A program made the translations under genes and the position numbers. Below are positions 16,461 through 26,807 of a DNA stretch of 64,000 nt, in pieces; within the stretch, counting starts at the first letter, position 1, and each line of letters starts with the position of its first letter. The stretch is taken from assembly GCA_964614655.1 (NCBI GenBank), contig CAZTPF010000007.1, positions 17,819 through 81,818 on the forward strand, given 5' to 3'. The DNA comes from an uncultured Bifidobacterium sp. GTDB taxonomy: Bacteria; Actinomycetota; Acidimicrobiia; Acidimicrobiales; Ilumatobacteraceae. Below the pieces are notes generated by a model, which was not told the origin of the DNA, made no database searches, and saw only the letters and a program-made list of their open reading frames with translations.

Positions 16461-17115
16461 GAGAGGCAGCGCGTCGAAGAACCCTTTCGAAGGTGTCGCT
16501 GTCCTGCGCGCCCGGGATGGCCCACTGCCCTTCGATCACATAGGTGGGCACTCCGGTGATCCCGTGACTCGCGGCCTGGGCGAGTTCTTCGTTCACTTCG
16601 CCCACACCCGAATCAGAGGCGAGGAAATCGAGGACTTCCTCGGCGGTCGAATCGAGGATCGGTGCCGCGATCTCGGCGAGAGTGTCACGATCTCCGATGT
16701 GTCGACCTTGGACGAAGTAGGCCTCGAGAAGAGCTTCCTTCAGTCGTTCCTGCGATCCGTCCGCCCGCTCGCCGGCGAGCCACAGCAGTCGATGGGCGAG
16801 GAGCGTGTTGGACCGTTGGGCGATGTCCATACGGAAGGCGAGTCCGTCCTCGGCCGCCGTCCGGGTCAGGTGGTCGAGAATGGCGTCGGCTCGTTCGGCG
16901 CCCCCGAACTTCTTCGCGTAGCCCTCGCGAGCCGGGACGGAGCGATCCTTGGGTGCCGTCGGGTCGAGTTGGTAGGCCCGATAGATCACGTCGACCTCGA
17001 CGGGGTCGTCGCCGGTCGACAAAGCGTCGAGGGCACGCTCGAAACGCCGCTTTCCGATGTAGCACCACGGACAGATCACGTCCGACCAGATCTCGACCCG
17101 CAGAACCCTCGCCAC
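16447..17115 (-). CDS. DsbA/FrnE-family thiol-disulfide oxidoreductase
   Basis: VEIWSDVICPWCYIGKRRF CxxC motif; C-terminal GVPTYVIEG. Confidence 0.85.
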   Translation of the reverse strand: MARVLRVEIWSDVICPWCYIGKRRFERALDALSTGDDPVEVDVIYRAYQLDPTAPKDRSVPAREGYAKKFGGAERADAILDHLTRTAAEDGLAFRMDIAQRSNTLLAHRLLWLAGERADGSQERLKEALLEAYFVQGRHIGDRDTLAEIAAPILDSTAEEVLDFLASDSGVGEVNEELAQAASHGITGVPTYVIEGQWAIPGAQDSDTFERVLRRAASRAAE

Positions 17116-17187
17116 GACGTCACCCTAATTGGCCAACTGACACGTCCGACATCGTCGTAGTCCAACCAGATCCTCGTAGCGTTCTCG

Positions 17188-18888
17188 GTGATGGCGATCG
17201 GTGACCAAGACGCAACGGGCGGCCGATCGGCCGACGTGCAGGCGACCTTCTGTCGTGCACTGGTCGACGAGTGGGTGCGACTCGGAGTCGACTCGGCTTT
17301 CGTCGCCCCTGGGTCGCGGTCGACACCGATGGTGTTGGCCTTGGCCGCCGATTCCCGTGTCGCCGTTCACGTGTTCCACGACGAGAGATCGGCAGCGTTC
17401 GCCGCTCTCGGCGCCGGATTGCGATCCGGTCGTCCGAGTCTCGTCGTCTGCACGAGCGGAACGGCCGCCACCCATTTCCACGCGGCGGTCGTCGAGGCCG
17501 ATCTGGCGGGTGTTCCGATGATCGTCGTGACCGCCGACCGTCCTCCCGAATTGCACGGTGTCGGAGCTCCCCAGACGATTCGACAGGACGATCTCTACGG
17601 ATCGGCCGCCCATTGGTTCCACGATCCCGGGGTACCGATGGCGGACTCGCGATCGTCGTGGCGTGGAGTGGCTCGACGATGCGTGAACGAAGCGGTGCGT
17701 CGACCGATGGGAGCGGTGCACCTCAATCTTCCGTTCCGTGAACCGTTGGTGGGCGTGGCCGACGATCTTCCCGACGTCGATTCTGACGAGCCTCACACCG
17801 ACACGTCGTCCAGCAACGTGTTCGCACACCAGACGATCGATCGTCTCGTGTCGGAGTGGTCGGTCGCCCGACCTCTTCTCGTCGCCGGGCGAGGGGCGAC
17901 CGGGCGTCTGATGGAGGTGGCGATCGGTCGTGGCTGGCCAGTTCTCGCCGAAGCTCGGGCACGCGATTGCGCCGACGTGATCACTCATTTCGACTCAATC
18001 GTTCGACACGCCCCCTTCGCCGATGCCGAAATTCCCGATCTGGTGGTTCGAGTCGGTGATCCTCCGGCCTCGAAGGTTCTCGGCCAGTGGCTGCTCCGCC
18101 ACGAGGTTCGACAGATCCACGTGTCACCGGACGGTCGCGTGTACGACCCTGATCGAGTGATGGCCGAACGAATCGTGTGCAACGCCGATGATCTGGTGGC
18201 CGTCTTCGACGCCGTTCGCCCGTGTGATCCGACGTGGACCGAACGTTGGAGCGATGCCGAACGAAAGGCGCGAGTCGCCGTCGACGTCGGATTGCGAAGC
18301 GAAGACGCGACAGGCGTGGCGTCGGTCGTGGCATTCGCGCACGGATTGCCCGAGACGGCGGCGCTGGTCGTGTCCTCGTCCATGCCGATCCGCGACCTCG
18401 AGTGGTTCGGTGGCCGACTCGGTGATCGACTCGTGTTCAGCAACCGGGGAGCCAACGGCATCGATGGCGTGATCGCGACGGCCATTGGCGTGGCGACCGC
18501 GCACGAGGGTCCGGTCGGTGTTCTGATCGGCGACGTGGCGACCTTGCACGACTCGTCGTCGTTGGCTGCTCTGGCCCGACGAGGCCTCGACGTGCGCATC
18601 CTGGTCGTCGACAACGACGGTGGAGGAATCTTTCATCATCTGCCGCAGAGAACGTCGGTCGAACCGGCGGTGTTCGAAGCCTTGTACGGGACGCCTCACG
18701 GCACCGACTTCGCGGCGCTGGCGTCGGCGCACGGCCTCCGTGCTCGAGTCGTGGTCGACACCGGATCGCTCGTCGCCGCGGCCGCCGAACCGGGACCGAG
18801 TCTCACGATCGTGCGGACCGATCGTGATCGCGACGTCGAAGCACATCGACGCCTTCACGCGGCGGTGGCCCGAACACTCGACGAGTGA
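17188..18888 (+). CDS. menD: SEPHCHC synthase (thiamine-diphosphate enzyme)
   Basis: FVAPGSRSTPMVLAL, VCTSGTAATHF, LTADRPPEL and the TPP-binding VVDNDGGGIF. 566 aa, in men gene context. Confidence 0.88.
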   Translation: MMAIGDQDATGGRSADVQATFCRALVDEWVRLGVDSAFVAPGSRSTPMVLALAADSRVAVHVFHDERSAAFAALGAGLRSGRPSLVVCTSGTAATHFHAAVVEADLAGVPMIVVTADRPPELHGVGAPQTIRQDDLYGSAAHWFHDPGVPMADSRSSWRGVARRCVNEAVRRPMGAVHLNLPFREPLVGVADDLPDVDSDEPHTDTSSSNVFAHQTIDRLVSEWSVARPLLVAGRGATGRLMEVAIGRGWPVLAEARARDCADVITHFDSIVRHAPFADAEIPDLVVRVGDPPASKVLGQWLLRHEVRQIHVSPDGRVYDPDRVMAERIVCNADDLVAVFDAVRPCDPTWTERWSDAERKARVAVDVGLRSEDATGVASVVAFAHGLPETAALVVSSSMPIRDLEWFGGRLGDRLVFSNRGANGIDGVIATAIGVATAHEGPVGVLIGDVATLHDSSSLAALARRGLDVRILVVDNDGGGIFHHLPQRTSVEPAVFEALYGTPHGTDFAALASAHGLRARVVVDTGSLVAAAAEPGPSLTIVRTDRDRDVEAHRRLHAAVARTLDE

Positions 18889-18916
18889 CGGAGCCCGGCG
18901 GTCGTTCGCGCCCTGA

Positions 18917-20113
18917 TCAGGCGCGAACGATGGCCGAGAGCATCGCCTGGAACTTGGCCTGCGTCTCGGCCAGCTCGGCGTCGGGGTCGGAGTCGGCCAC
19001 GATGCCACCTCCGGCGACGAGTCGAGCGCGACGTCGATCCTCGGAGAACTCGGCGCAACGAATCGTGACTGCCCAGACCCCGTCTCCCGTCGCGTCGACC
19101 CATCCGACAGCTCCCCCGTAGCGACCACGGTCGAAGCCCTCGACGTCGGCGATGAGGCGTAGCGCATCGGTTCGTGGATGACCTCCGAGGGCGGGAGTCG
19201 GACACAGTCGTCGGGCGAGAGAAAGGGCGTCGGGTCGCGGATCGCTGAGGCGCCCTTCGACGAGAGTGCCGAGATGTTGAACGTTGGCGACCGGCACGAT
19301 CGACGGTTCGGGTTCCCAGTCGAGATAACTGCAGTCGGGGAGGAGCATGTCGTGGACGACGTCGATGACGACCCGATGTTCGACCTGATCCTTCACACTC
19401 GCCACGAGGGCCCGGGCGAGTTCGGCATCGGTGACAGGATCTCCGGTTCGGGGTGTCGTGCCGGCGAGCGGGTGCGACCGGACCACGTCACCTTCGACCG
19501 ACACGAGCAGCTCGGGTGACGCTCCGATCAAACCTTCACACGAGTAGCGATAGCTCGAACCGAAAGAAGCTCGTAGGCGAAGGAGAACGGAGTGGACGTC
19601 GATGGGGTCGTCGGATTCGACCGTGAGTTCACGGGCGATCACAGCCTTGACGAGGTCGCCTCGTCGAACGGCGTCACGAGCCGATTCGACGGCCGAGCGG
19701 TGTCGTGAGACCGGGGTGCGGGGTGAGACGACGAAGCGCGAGGAGCGGGGAGTCGGCCGAACCGGAGGTGCCAGACTCGCCAGGCGATCACCGTCGGATG
19801 AAGGGTCGCCGACGCAGGTCACCCAGACGTTTCCGGTCGCGGTCTTGCGGACCACGATCTCGGGAATCGTGAGTCGGCACGAGTCCGAGGCGAGGAACGG
19901 AAGAGCGCCGAAAGCGAGCGGACCGGCCTCGCCGTTCGATCGATCGTCGTGTTCGATGGCTCGCAGGACGGCGAGAGCCTCGGACTCGTCGACGTGGGCG
20001 GCGACGCCGCGCCCAGCGAAACCGACCCCGTCGCGAACGAAGAGTGCGCCGTCCCCGCGAGCGACGTCGTTCAGATCGAGGTCGACGTCGAGGAGCGTCG
20101 TCCGGGCCTGCAC
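18917..20113 (-). CDS. menF: Isochorismate synthase
   Basis: Chorismate-binding C-terminus ..LCPTPALGGHP..GRYGGAVGWVDATGDGVWAVTIRCA..AGGGIVADSDP. Start is GTG 20113 or TTG 20119, the latter overlapping the menG stop. The tracked ORF extends spuriously to 20455. Confidence 0.85.
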   Translation of the reverse strand: MQARTTLLDVDLDLNDVARGDGALFVRDGVGFAGRGVAAHVDESEALAVLRAIEHDDRSNGEAGPLAFGALPFLASDSCRLTIPEIVVRKTATGNVWVTCVGDPSSDGDRLASLAPPVRPTPRSSRFVVSPRTPVSRHRSAVESARDAVRRGDLVKAVIARELTVESDDPIDVHSVLLRLRASFGSSYRYSCEGLIGASPELLVSVEGDVVRSHPLAGTTPRTGDPVTDAELARALVASVKDQVEHRVVIDVVHDMLLPDCSYLDWEPEPSIVPVANVQHLGTLVEGRLSDPRPDALSLARRLCPTPALGGHPRTDALRLIADVEGFDRGRYGGAVGWVDATGDGVWAVTIRCAEFSEDRRRARLVAGGGIVADSDPDAELAETQAKFQAMLSAIVRA

Positions 20114-20115
20114 GT

Positions 20116-20823
20116 TCAATCCCGAGTTGCGGTGAGGAGTTGAGTGATCCCGCCCGAGAAGACTCGATGGCGGGCGTCGGAGAAACCGGCCTCTCGGAGG
20201 TGAGCGAGCATGACGTCGGGCTCGGGGAGGTAGGCCACACTCTTCGGCAGGTAGCGATAGGCGGCGCCGTCGGAGAGAAGACCTCCGATCTTCGGAACGA
20301 CCTTGCCGAAGTAGAAGCCGTGGCCGACACGGATGAGGCGACTCTTCGGAACTCCGACGTCGAGCAGAGCGATTCGCCCACCGGGGCGAACGACCCGAGC
20401 GAGCTCGCGGAAAAAGACCGGAAGGTCGACGAGATTGCGCAGGGCGAACCCGCACGTCGCGCCATCGACCGATCCATCGGCGAGAGGAAGTCGAAGGACA
20501 TCGGCCTGCGACCGCGGCGCACGAGAACGATCGGCGGCCAGCATGCCGAAACTGAGGTCGAACGACAAGGGCTGGAGACCGGCCCGACGGAGATCGATGC
20601 AGAGGTCACCGGTTCCGCTCGCCAGATCGATGACCCGACTTCCGCTCGGCAGTCCGAGTTCGGCCACCGCCTTCTTGCGCCAACGAACGTCGAGACGGAA
20701 CGTCATGATGCGGTTGACCATGTCGTAGCGAGGGGCGATGGCATCGAACATGCTGCGTACCGCCGTGACCTTCTCGTCGCCGGTCGGCAGCTCTCGGGTG
20801 TCCCAGGCACGATCCTTCGTCAC
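20116..20823 (-). CDS. menG: Demethylmenaquinone methyltransferase
   Basis: VRSMFDAIAPRYDMVNRIMTF, SAM motif VIDLASGTGDL, and RVVRPGGRIALLD. Confidence 0.88.
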   Translation of the reverse strand: MTKDRAWDTRELPTGDEKVTAVRSMFDAIAPRYDMVNRIMTFRLDVRWRKKAVAELGLPSGSRVIDLASGTGDLCIDLRRAGLQPLSFDLSFGMLAADRSRAPRSQADVLRLPLADGSVDGATCGFALRNLVDLPVFFRELARVVRPGGRIALLDVGVPKSRLIRVGHGFYFGKVVPKIGGLLSDGAAYRYLPKSVAYLPEPDVMLAHLREAGFSDARHRVFSGGITQLLTATRD

Positions 20824-20937
20824 GGCGTCAGGCTATGGGGCCATGTCTCCCGGTGTCCTCTCGGGTCGCCGACAGGGGTCACGGCTGGTCAGAATGGAGG
20901 CGGGTCGGCACCGGTCGGCCTGTGGGGGGACAGTGCA

Positions 20938-22176
20938 ATGATCGATTTCACCTTGGCACCGGAGCACGAGGAGATTCGCCGTCGTGTCCGAGACTTCGTG
21001 GACGGACACATCCGCCCGGCGATCGAACCCTTCGGTCATCGGGAGGAGATGGATGCCGACGCCCACCGGGCGTACGTGGGCGAACTGATCCGTTTGCGCA
21101 AACTTGCGGTGAGCGAAGGTTTGTGGCTTCCGCACATGCCCAAGGAGTGGGGCGGAATGGGGCTCGGTCACGTGGCTCTGGCGATGGTTCAGGCCGAAGC
21201 GGCACGAACTCGAGTCGGACCGTGGGTGCTCAATTGCCAGGCTCCCGACGAAGGAAACATGCACACGCTCGTGCACTGGGGGACCGACGAGCAGAAGCAG
21301 AAGTACCTGAAGCCTCTGTGCGACGGCGTGAGCTCGTCGTGTTTCGCGATGACCGAGCCGGAGGTCGCCGGTTCCGATCCCACGCTGATTCGCACCCACG
21401 CCATCAAGGACGGAGACGAGTGGATCATCAACGGCCACAAGTGGTTCATCTCGGGGGCCAACCGCGCCAAGTTCGCCATTCTCATCGCCCGTACCGAGAT
21501 GGACGTTCCCGAGGGTTCACGCGGCGCGAATACCGCCTTCATCATCGACTTGCCGGCCGAGGGCTGGAACAACGTTCGTGAAGTCGAGACGATGCATGGT
21601 CCCGGCGGGCACAGCGAAATCGTGATCGAGGATCTTCGAGTCCACGATTCGCAGATCCTCGGCGGTCGCGGCAACGGTCATCGACTGGGCCAATACCGTC
21701 TCGGGCCGGCTCGACTGGCGCACTGCATGCGATGGATCGCCCAGGCCGAGACCGCTCTCGACATGATGGTCGACCGCTCCTTGAAGCGTTACTCGCACGG
21801 GTCGTATCTCGCCGAGAAACAAGGGGTCCAGTGGATGATCGCCGACTCGGCGATGGAGCTGTACCAGTGCAAGCTCATGGTTCTGCACGCCGCCTACAAG
21901 ATCGACCGGGGCGACGACTTCCGGACCGAGGTGTCGATGGCCAAGCACTTCGTGGCCAACAGTCTCAACCGAATCATCGATCGGGCGATCCAGGTTCACG
22001 GTGCTCTCGGCTACTCGACCGACACGCCGCTCGCCAACATGCTGCAACACGCCCGTTGGGCTCGTTTCGCCGACGGCGCCGACGAGATCCATCAGATGCG
22101 GATCGCCGAGAACACGATCAAGTCCTTCACCGACACTGGGAGCACTCGACTCGCGACCGGAGATCTGCCGGTCTGA
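20938..22176 (+). CDS. Acyl-CoA dehydrogenase
   Basis: ATG 20938 gives MIDFTLAPEHEEIRRRVRDFV.., CFAMTEPEVAGSDP, INGHKWFISG, and QVHGALGYS. The upstream part of tracked ORF 20044.. overlaps menG/menF and is rejected. Confidence 0.88.
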   Translation: MIDFTLAPEHEEIRRRVRDFVDGHIRPAIEPFGHREEMDADAHRAYVGELIRLRKLAVSEGLWLPHMPKEWGGMGLGHVALAMVQAEAARTRVGPWVLNCQAPDEGNMHTLVHWGTDEQKQKYLKPLCDGVSSSCFAMTEPEVAGSDPTLIRTHAIKDGDEWIINGHKWFISGANRAKFAILIARTEMDVPEGSRGANTAFIIDLPAEGWNNVREVETMHGPGGHSEIVIEDLRVHDSQILGGRGNGHRLGQYRLGPARLAHCMRWIAQAETALDMMVDRSLKRYSHGSYLAEKQGVQWMIADSAMELYQCKLMVLHAAYKIDRGDDFRTEVSMAKHFVANSLNRIIDRAIQVHGALGYSTDTPLANMLQHARWARFADGADEIHQMRIAENTIKSFTDTGSTRLATGDLPV

Positions 22177-22178
22177 CC

Positions 22179-23792
22179 CTAGGACGGGTCGACGATGCTC
22201 TTGGCCCATCGGTAGTCGGCCTTGCCGGACGGTGATCGCACGATGCGATCGACGAACACGTAGTCCTTGGGCAGTTTGTACCGGGCCACGTGGCGGGCCG
22301 CCTCGGCGTTCAGTTCCTCGTTGGTTGCCGTGGTTCCCGAGCGAAGTTGCACGACGGCCACCACCTCGCTGCCCCACCGTTCGCTCCTTCGTCCGGCAAC
22401 GACGCAATCGAACACAGCCGGATGGGGCTTGATCGCCGCTTCGACTTCTTCGGCGAAGATCTTCTCGCCACCGGAGTTGATGGTGACCGAATCCCGGCCT
22501 CGGAGTTCGACGGTGTTGTCGGCGAGCAGGACGGCCCGGTCTCCGGGGACGACGTATCGAACGCCGTCGATCACCGGATACGTCCGCGCCGTCTTGGCCG
22601 GATCACCGAGGTAGCCGAGAGCGAGGCGTCCGCTCTTGGCGAGCCAGCCGACGTGATCTTCGCCAGGCTGCACCACCCGTGCCAGGTCTTCGTCGAGGAC
22701 GTGGTTGTTGGGGGCGAGCGGAAACGTGCCGGTCGACGCGTTGCCACCGGTCGAGAAGTGCTGGAGTTGTCCGCCGGCCTCCGACGAGCCGAGTCCGTCG
22801 AGAATCGTGAGAGTCGGATGGTGGGCGAGGAACTCGTCCTTCATGTGCGCCGAGAGAGCCGCTCCTCCCGAAATGAGAACGACGAGACTCGAGATGTCGT
22901 ACGAACCGCGATCGAGCTCGTCGAGGAGGGGTCGGCCGAAGGCGTCACCCACGATGAGTAGGAAGTCGATGCGCTCCCGCTCGACGATCGTCCAGATGTC
23001 GACCGGGTCGAGGCGCTCGGGCACCGAGGGGACGAACACCGTTCCACCGGCGTTCCAGGTGCCGAAACTCAGCCAGTGTCCGGCTCCGTGCATGAACGGT
23101 GGAGGAATCAAGGCTCGACGTCCGGTGGTCGCCGCCACGAAGTCGGCAACCGTGGTCGCCTCGCGGGATCCGGCGAAGCATTCGGTGAGGGCGTCGGCCT
23201 GTCGCCACATCACACCTTTGGGCATTCCGGTCGTCCCTCCGGTGTACAGGATGTACAAGTCGTCAGGAGACGAGGGCGGCAACCGATCGGGACTCGACGC
23301 GGCGAGTGCGTCCTCGTACCACACCGCTCCGTCGAGCAATGGTGCTCCGCTCTCGTCCGGCACCTGGATCAGAACGGAGAGGCGGGGTGTGCGATCTCGT
23401 ACCGCGGCCAAGGTTTCGGCGAAGGCCGAGTGGTAGACGATCGCCGTGGCGCGTGAATCGTCGAGCAGGTACGAGAGTTCTTCGGCGACGTACCTGTAGT
23501 TGACGTTGAACGGAACGACTCGCGCCTTGAAAGCAGCCAGCATGCTCTCGAGGTATTCATTGCCGTTGTGGAGATAGATCGCCAGATGATCCTGTCCGCT
23601 CTCGTGGGCGGCGAGGTTCGGGCGTTCGGTGTGGCAGCCGAGTCCTCGAGACGTGAAGTAGTTGCCGAGTCGACGCGTCCGCTCGGTCACCTCGTCCCAG
23701 GTATAGCGGCGGTCGCGGAACACGAGGCACTCCTCGTCGGGACGCGTCGCCGCGATGGCTTCATGGATCTCGCCGACCGTGAATTCGTGCAC
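22179..23792 (-). CDS. Acyl-CoA synthetase (AMP-dependent ligase)
   Basis: YTGGTTGMPKGVMW, GLGSSEAGG, and the C-terminal SPSGKADYRWAK. Confidence 0.88.
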   Translation of the reverse strand: MHEFTVGEIHEAIAATRPDEECLVFRDRRYTWDEVTERTRRLGNYFTSRGLGCHTERPNLAAHESGQDHLAIYLHNGNEYLESMLAAFKARVVPFNVNYRYVAEELSYLLDDSRATAIVYHSAFAETLAAVRDRTPRLSVLIQVPDESGAPLLDGAVWYEDALAASSPDRLPPSSPDDLYILYTGGTTGMPKGVMWRQADALTECFAGSREATTVADFVAATTGRRALIPPPFMHGAGHWLSFGTWNAGGTVFVPSVPERLDPVDIWTIVERERIDFLLIVGDAFGRPLLDELDRGSYDISSLVVLISGGAALSAHMKDEFLAHHPTLTILDGLGSSEAGGQLQHFSTGGNASTGTFPLAPNNHVLDEDLARVVQPGEDHVGWLAKSGRLALGYLGDPAKTARTYPVIDGVRYVVPGDRAVLLADNTVELRGRDSVTINSGGEKIFAEEVEAAIKPHPAVFDCVVAGRRSERWGSEVVAVVQLRSGTTATNEELNAEAARHVARYKLPKDYVFVDRIVRSPSGKADYRWAKSIVDPS

Positions 23793-23878
23793 GAACGGAC
23801 GTTAGGAAACTTCGGCGGGCGCCGACGTATCAGGAGCCCGTCTCGGGTCCGTCACGGGAGGCTGGTTAGGGTGGCGAC

Positions 23879-24874
23879 GTGTTCGACACCGCACCGGTCG
23901 CCGGCAGTTCTCCGGACGGGATCGTCTTTGGAATCTTCGCCCCGCAGGGCTGGAAGATGGAACTCGCCTCGATCGACGGTGCTTCGGCGAAGTGGCAGCG
24001 GACGGTCGAGGTGGCCACTCTGGCCGACGAACTCGGTTACGACTCTCTGTGGTTGTACGACCATTTCCACAACGTTCCTCGGCCGTCGCACGAGACAGTC
24101 TTCGAATGTTGGACGACCCTCTCGGCTCTCAGCCAGTTGACCCGCCGGATACGACTCGGCCAGATGGTCGGTTGCAACAGCTATCGGAACCCGGCTCTCA
24201 TCGCCAAGATCACGTCGACTCTCGACGTCGTGTCGGGCGGCCGCCTCGAATGGGGAATCGGCGCCGGTTGGTACGAGAACGAATACCGGGCCTACGGATA
24301 CGAATTTCCGAAACCGAAGGACCGGATCGGAATGCTTCGCGAGAGCGTCGAGATCGTTCGTTCCATGTGGACCGAACGCGAGACCACTTTCAAGGGCAAG
24401 TACTACGAGGTCGTTCGCGCCAACTGCGATCCGAAGCCCGTTCAATCTCCGCGACCGCCGATCCTGATCGGAGGCGGCGGGGAGCAGCTCACTCTTCGAG
24501 TCGTCGCCGAGCACGCCGATTGCTCCAACTTCGGCGGCCGTCTCGACGAGTGGATCCGCAAGCGCGACACGCTGTGGCGTCACTGCGAGCGAATCGGCCG
24601 CGATCCCGGCGAGATCCGAATGACGTGGTCGCCCGAGGTGTTCATCCGACGGACCGAGCGCGAGGTGTCAACTGCCGGCAGCCGAAGTCTGTGGAGTGAG
24701 GACGTGGAGAGCTGGACGACCGGAAACTTGGTCGGCACTCCTGATCAGGTGGCCGACAAGATCGGCTCGTACATGGCCGCCGGCTGTCGTGGTTTCATTC
24801 CGTGGTGTGCCGACTATCCCGACACCGAGACCCTCGAGTTGTTGGCGACCGAGGTCATGCCTCGGTTTCGCTGA
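23879..24874 (+). CDS. LLM-class (luciferase-like) F420-dependent oxidoreductase
   Basis: ADELGYDSLWLYDHF, SGGRLEWGIGAGWYENEYRAYG, and PPILIGGGGE. Confidence 0.82.
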   Translation: MFDTAPVAGSSPDGIVFGIFAPQGWKMELASIDGASAKWQRTVEVATLADELGYDSLWLYDHFHNVPRPSHETVFECWTTLSALSQLTRRIRLGQMVGCNSYRNPALIAKITSTLDVVSGGRLEWGIGAGWYENEYRAYGYEFPKPKDRIGMLRESVEIVRSMWTERETTFKGKYYEVVRANCDPKPVQSPRPPILIGGGGEQLTLRVVAEHADCSNFGGRLDEWIRKRDTLWRHCERIGRDPGEIRMTWSPEVFIRRTEREVSTAGSRSLWSEDVESWTTGNLVGTPDQVADKIGSYMAAGCRGFIPWCADYPDTETLELLATEVMPRFR

Positions 24875-24898
24875 CGACGTTCGATGCTCGGTCGCGCT

Positions 24899-25357
24899 TC
24901 AGAAGAAGCTTCGGAAGATGATCTCGGCGACGCACGACGGCTTGCTGGCTCCTTCGCATTCGAAGGTGAACTCCATCGTCATCTGAACGCCCCCGGACAC
25001 GTCCTCGACCTCGAGCAGCTTCACACCGAGACGAAGGCGCGACCCCACAGGGACGGGAGACGGGAAGCGAACCTTGTTGGCCCCGTAGTTCACACCCATG
25101 GAGAAACCGTCCACGCGCACGACGGTCGGGTAGAGCATCGGTCCGAGGGACAACGTGAGGTAGCCGTGAGCGATCGGTCCACCGAAGGGGCCCGACTTGG
25201 CTCGTTCGACGTCGACGTGGATCCACTGGTGGTCGCCGGTGGCGTCGGCGAACTGGTTGACCCGCTCCTGAGTGATGTCGATGTAGTCGCTGTAGCCGAG
25301 ATGTTCGCCGACGGCTCCCTTGAGCTCGTCGACGCCGGAAAGAATTCGAGGTGCCAT
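24899..25357 (-). CDS. MaoC-like (R)-hydratase/dehydratase
   Basis: FADATGDHQWIHVDVERAKSGPFGGPIAHG hot-dog fold motif; 152 aa. Confidence 0.85.
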   Translation of the reverse strand: MAPRILSGVDELKGAVGEHLGYSDYIDITQERVNQFADATGDHQWIHVDVERAKSGPFGGPIAHGYLTLSLGPMLYPTVVRVDGFSMGVNYGANKVRFPSPVPVGSRLRLGVKLLEVEDVSGGVQMTMEFTFECEGASKPSCVAEIIFRSFF

Positions 25358-25402
25358 GGCCCGATCGTAGTGTGCCCTCGCGTCCGGGCCGCCTCTCGGG
25401 AC

Positions 25403-25885
25403 TCAGCGATACCAGAGGCGTTGGTGTTCTCGACTGTGCGGATGGAGCAAAAGGGCACAGAGAGCCACCTCGAAGAGAAACGAGATGGTGTTGCGGCCGG
25501 TCAGTTTGTCCCAGAGGCCGACGAAAGGGAGATCGGCGAGCACCCAGAAGCGGAGGGCGAACGGTGAGAAGGCGGCGATCAGTCCGAATCGATATCCGAG
25601 GCGACGATCGTTCGCCATGAGGAATCCCGACAGCACGTGGGCGGCGACGATGAGGAGTCCGACGAGGAGGCCGAGTGATCCTTTCGACACTCGGGCGTAG
25701 CCGATCCAGTCCGAGCGATCGAGCAGGCCGACAAGAGCGAAAAGTCCGTTGAGATACAGGAGCCACGTGGCGATCTGCAGGGTCTGCGGCTGCATACGGT
25801 CGAACCAGCGGCGAGGATCGAGACGGGCACGGGACATCACTCCAGGATCGCGCACGGGGCTCCGAGAAGAAGACTCGGCGCTCAC
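25403..25885 (-). CDS. Hypothetical integral membrane protein
   Basis: 160 aa with about four hydrophobic helices (IATWLLYLNGLFALVGLL, LGLLVGLLIVAAHVLSGFLM, ...). No recognisable family. Confidence 0.5.
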   Translation of the reverse strand: MSAESSSRSPVRDPGVMSRARLDPRRWFDRMQPQTLQIATWLLYLNGLFALVGLLDRSDWIGYARVSKGSLGLLVGLLIVAAHVLSGFLMANDRRLGYRFGLIAAFSPFALRFWVLADLPFVGLWDKLTGRNTISFLFEVALCALLLHPHSREHQRLWYR

Positions 25886-25915
25886 GAGATGTGATACGAA
25901 CGTCGTCGTGGAACC

Positions 25916-26788
25916 GTGGTCGGTGTCGAGTACGACGGGTGCAAGGTGACTCGTTCGGGTTTCGTGACCCTCGTCGGACGACCGAACGTCGGCAAATCAT
26001 CGCTCGTGAACGCCATGTGCGGGCGCAAGGTGTCGATCGTGTCCGACAAGCCTCAGACGACCCGTCGGCAGGTGAGGGGGATCGTCACCCGACCCGAGGG
26101 CCAGCTCGTCTTCGTCGACACCCCGGGCCTTCACAAGCCGGTGACCGCACTCGGTGAGCGGGTCAACACGGCGGCCCTCGACAGCATCGTCGACGTCGAC
26201 GTCGTTTGCCTGGTGATCGACGCCACTCAGACCGTCGGATCGGGTGACTCGTGGGTGGCCTCGCGTCTCGACGTGGCGCGATCGGTCGTCGTTCTCAACA
26301 AGATCGACGCCGTACCACGCGAGACCGTGGTGGAGCAGTTGGCGAAGCTCTCGTCACTCGATGCCGAGAGCTATTTCCCGGTTTCGGCGCGTACCGGAGA
26401 GGGAGTCGACGCCCTCGTCGACCATCTGTTCGGGCGACTTCCCGAAGGGCCGCTCTACTATCCCGACGACGCCATCAGCGACGTGTCCGAGTCCGACTGG
26501 GTCGCCGAACTTGTCCGCGAAGAACTGCTCGGCATGATGCACGACGAGTTGCCGTATTCGATCGCAACGCGGGTCGTCGACGTCGAAGACGGCCGCATCG
26601 TCTGCGAGATCCTCGTCGAACGGGAGAGCCAGAAGGGCATGGTGATCGGGCGCGGCGGTGCGGTATTGAAGCGAGTCGGTCGGCGTGTCCGCAAACAACT
26701 GCCGCCCGGCACTGCTCTCGACTTGAAGGTCAAGGTCGACAAGGACTGGCAGCGTCGACCCGAACGCATCGAGCGCCTCGGCTACTGA
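25916..26788 (+). CDS. era: GTPase Era
   Basis: G1 motif GRPNVGKSSL, DTPG, NKID, and a C-terminal KH region ILVERESQKGMVIGRGGAVLKRVG. The start may be the GTG near 25945. Confidence 0.93.
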   Translation: MVGVEYDGCKVTRSGFVTLVGRPNVGKSSLVNAMCGRKVSIVSDKPQTTRRQVRGIVTRPEGQLVFVDTPGLHKPVTALGERVNTAALDSIVDVDVVCLVIDATQTVGSGDSWVASRLDVARSVVVLNKIDAVPRETVVEQLAKLSSLDAESYFPVSARTGEGVDALVDHLFGRLPEGPLYYPDDAISDVSESDWVAELVREELLGMMHDELPYSIATRVVDVEDGRIVCEILVERESQKGMVIGRGGAVLKRVGRRVRKQLPPGTALDLKVKVDKDWQRRPERIERLGY

Positions 26789-26807
26789 CCGCCTCGGCGT
26801 ACGAACG

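Noticed and set aside
20114-20455. Upstream extension of the menF ORF (18917..20455)
   Set aside because: It overlaps menG/ubiE out of frame with an Arg/Ser/Pro-rich translation. The isochorismate synthase homology starts near 20113-20119.
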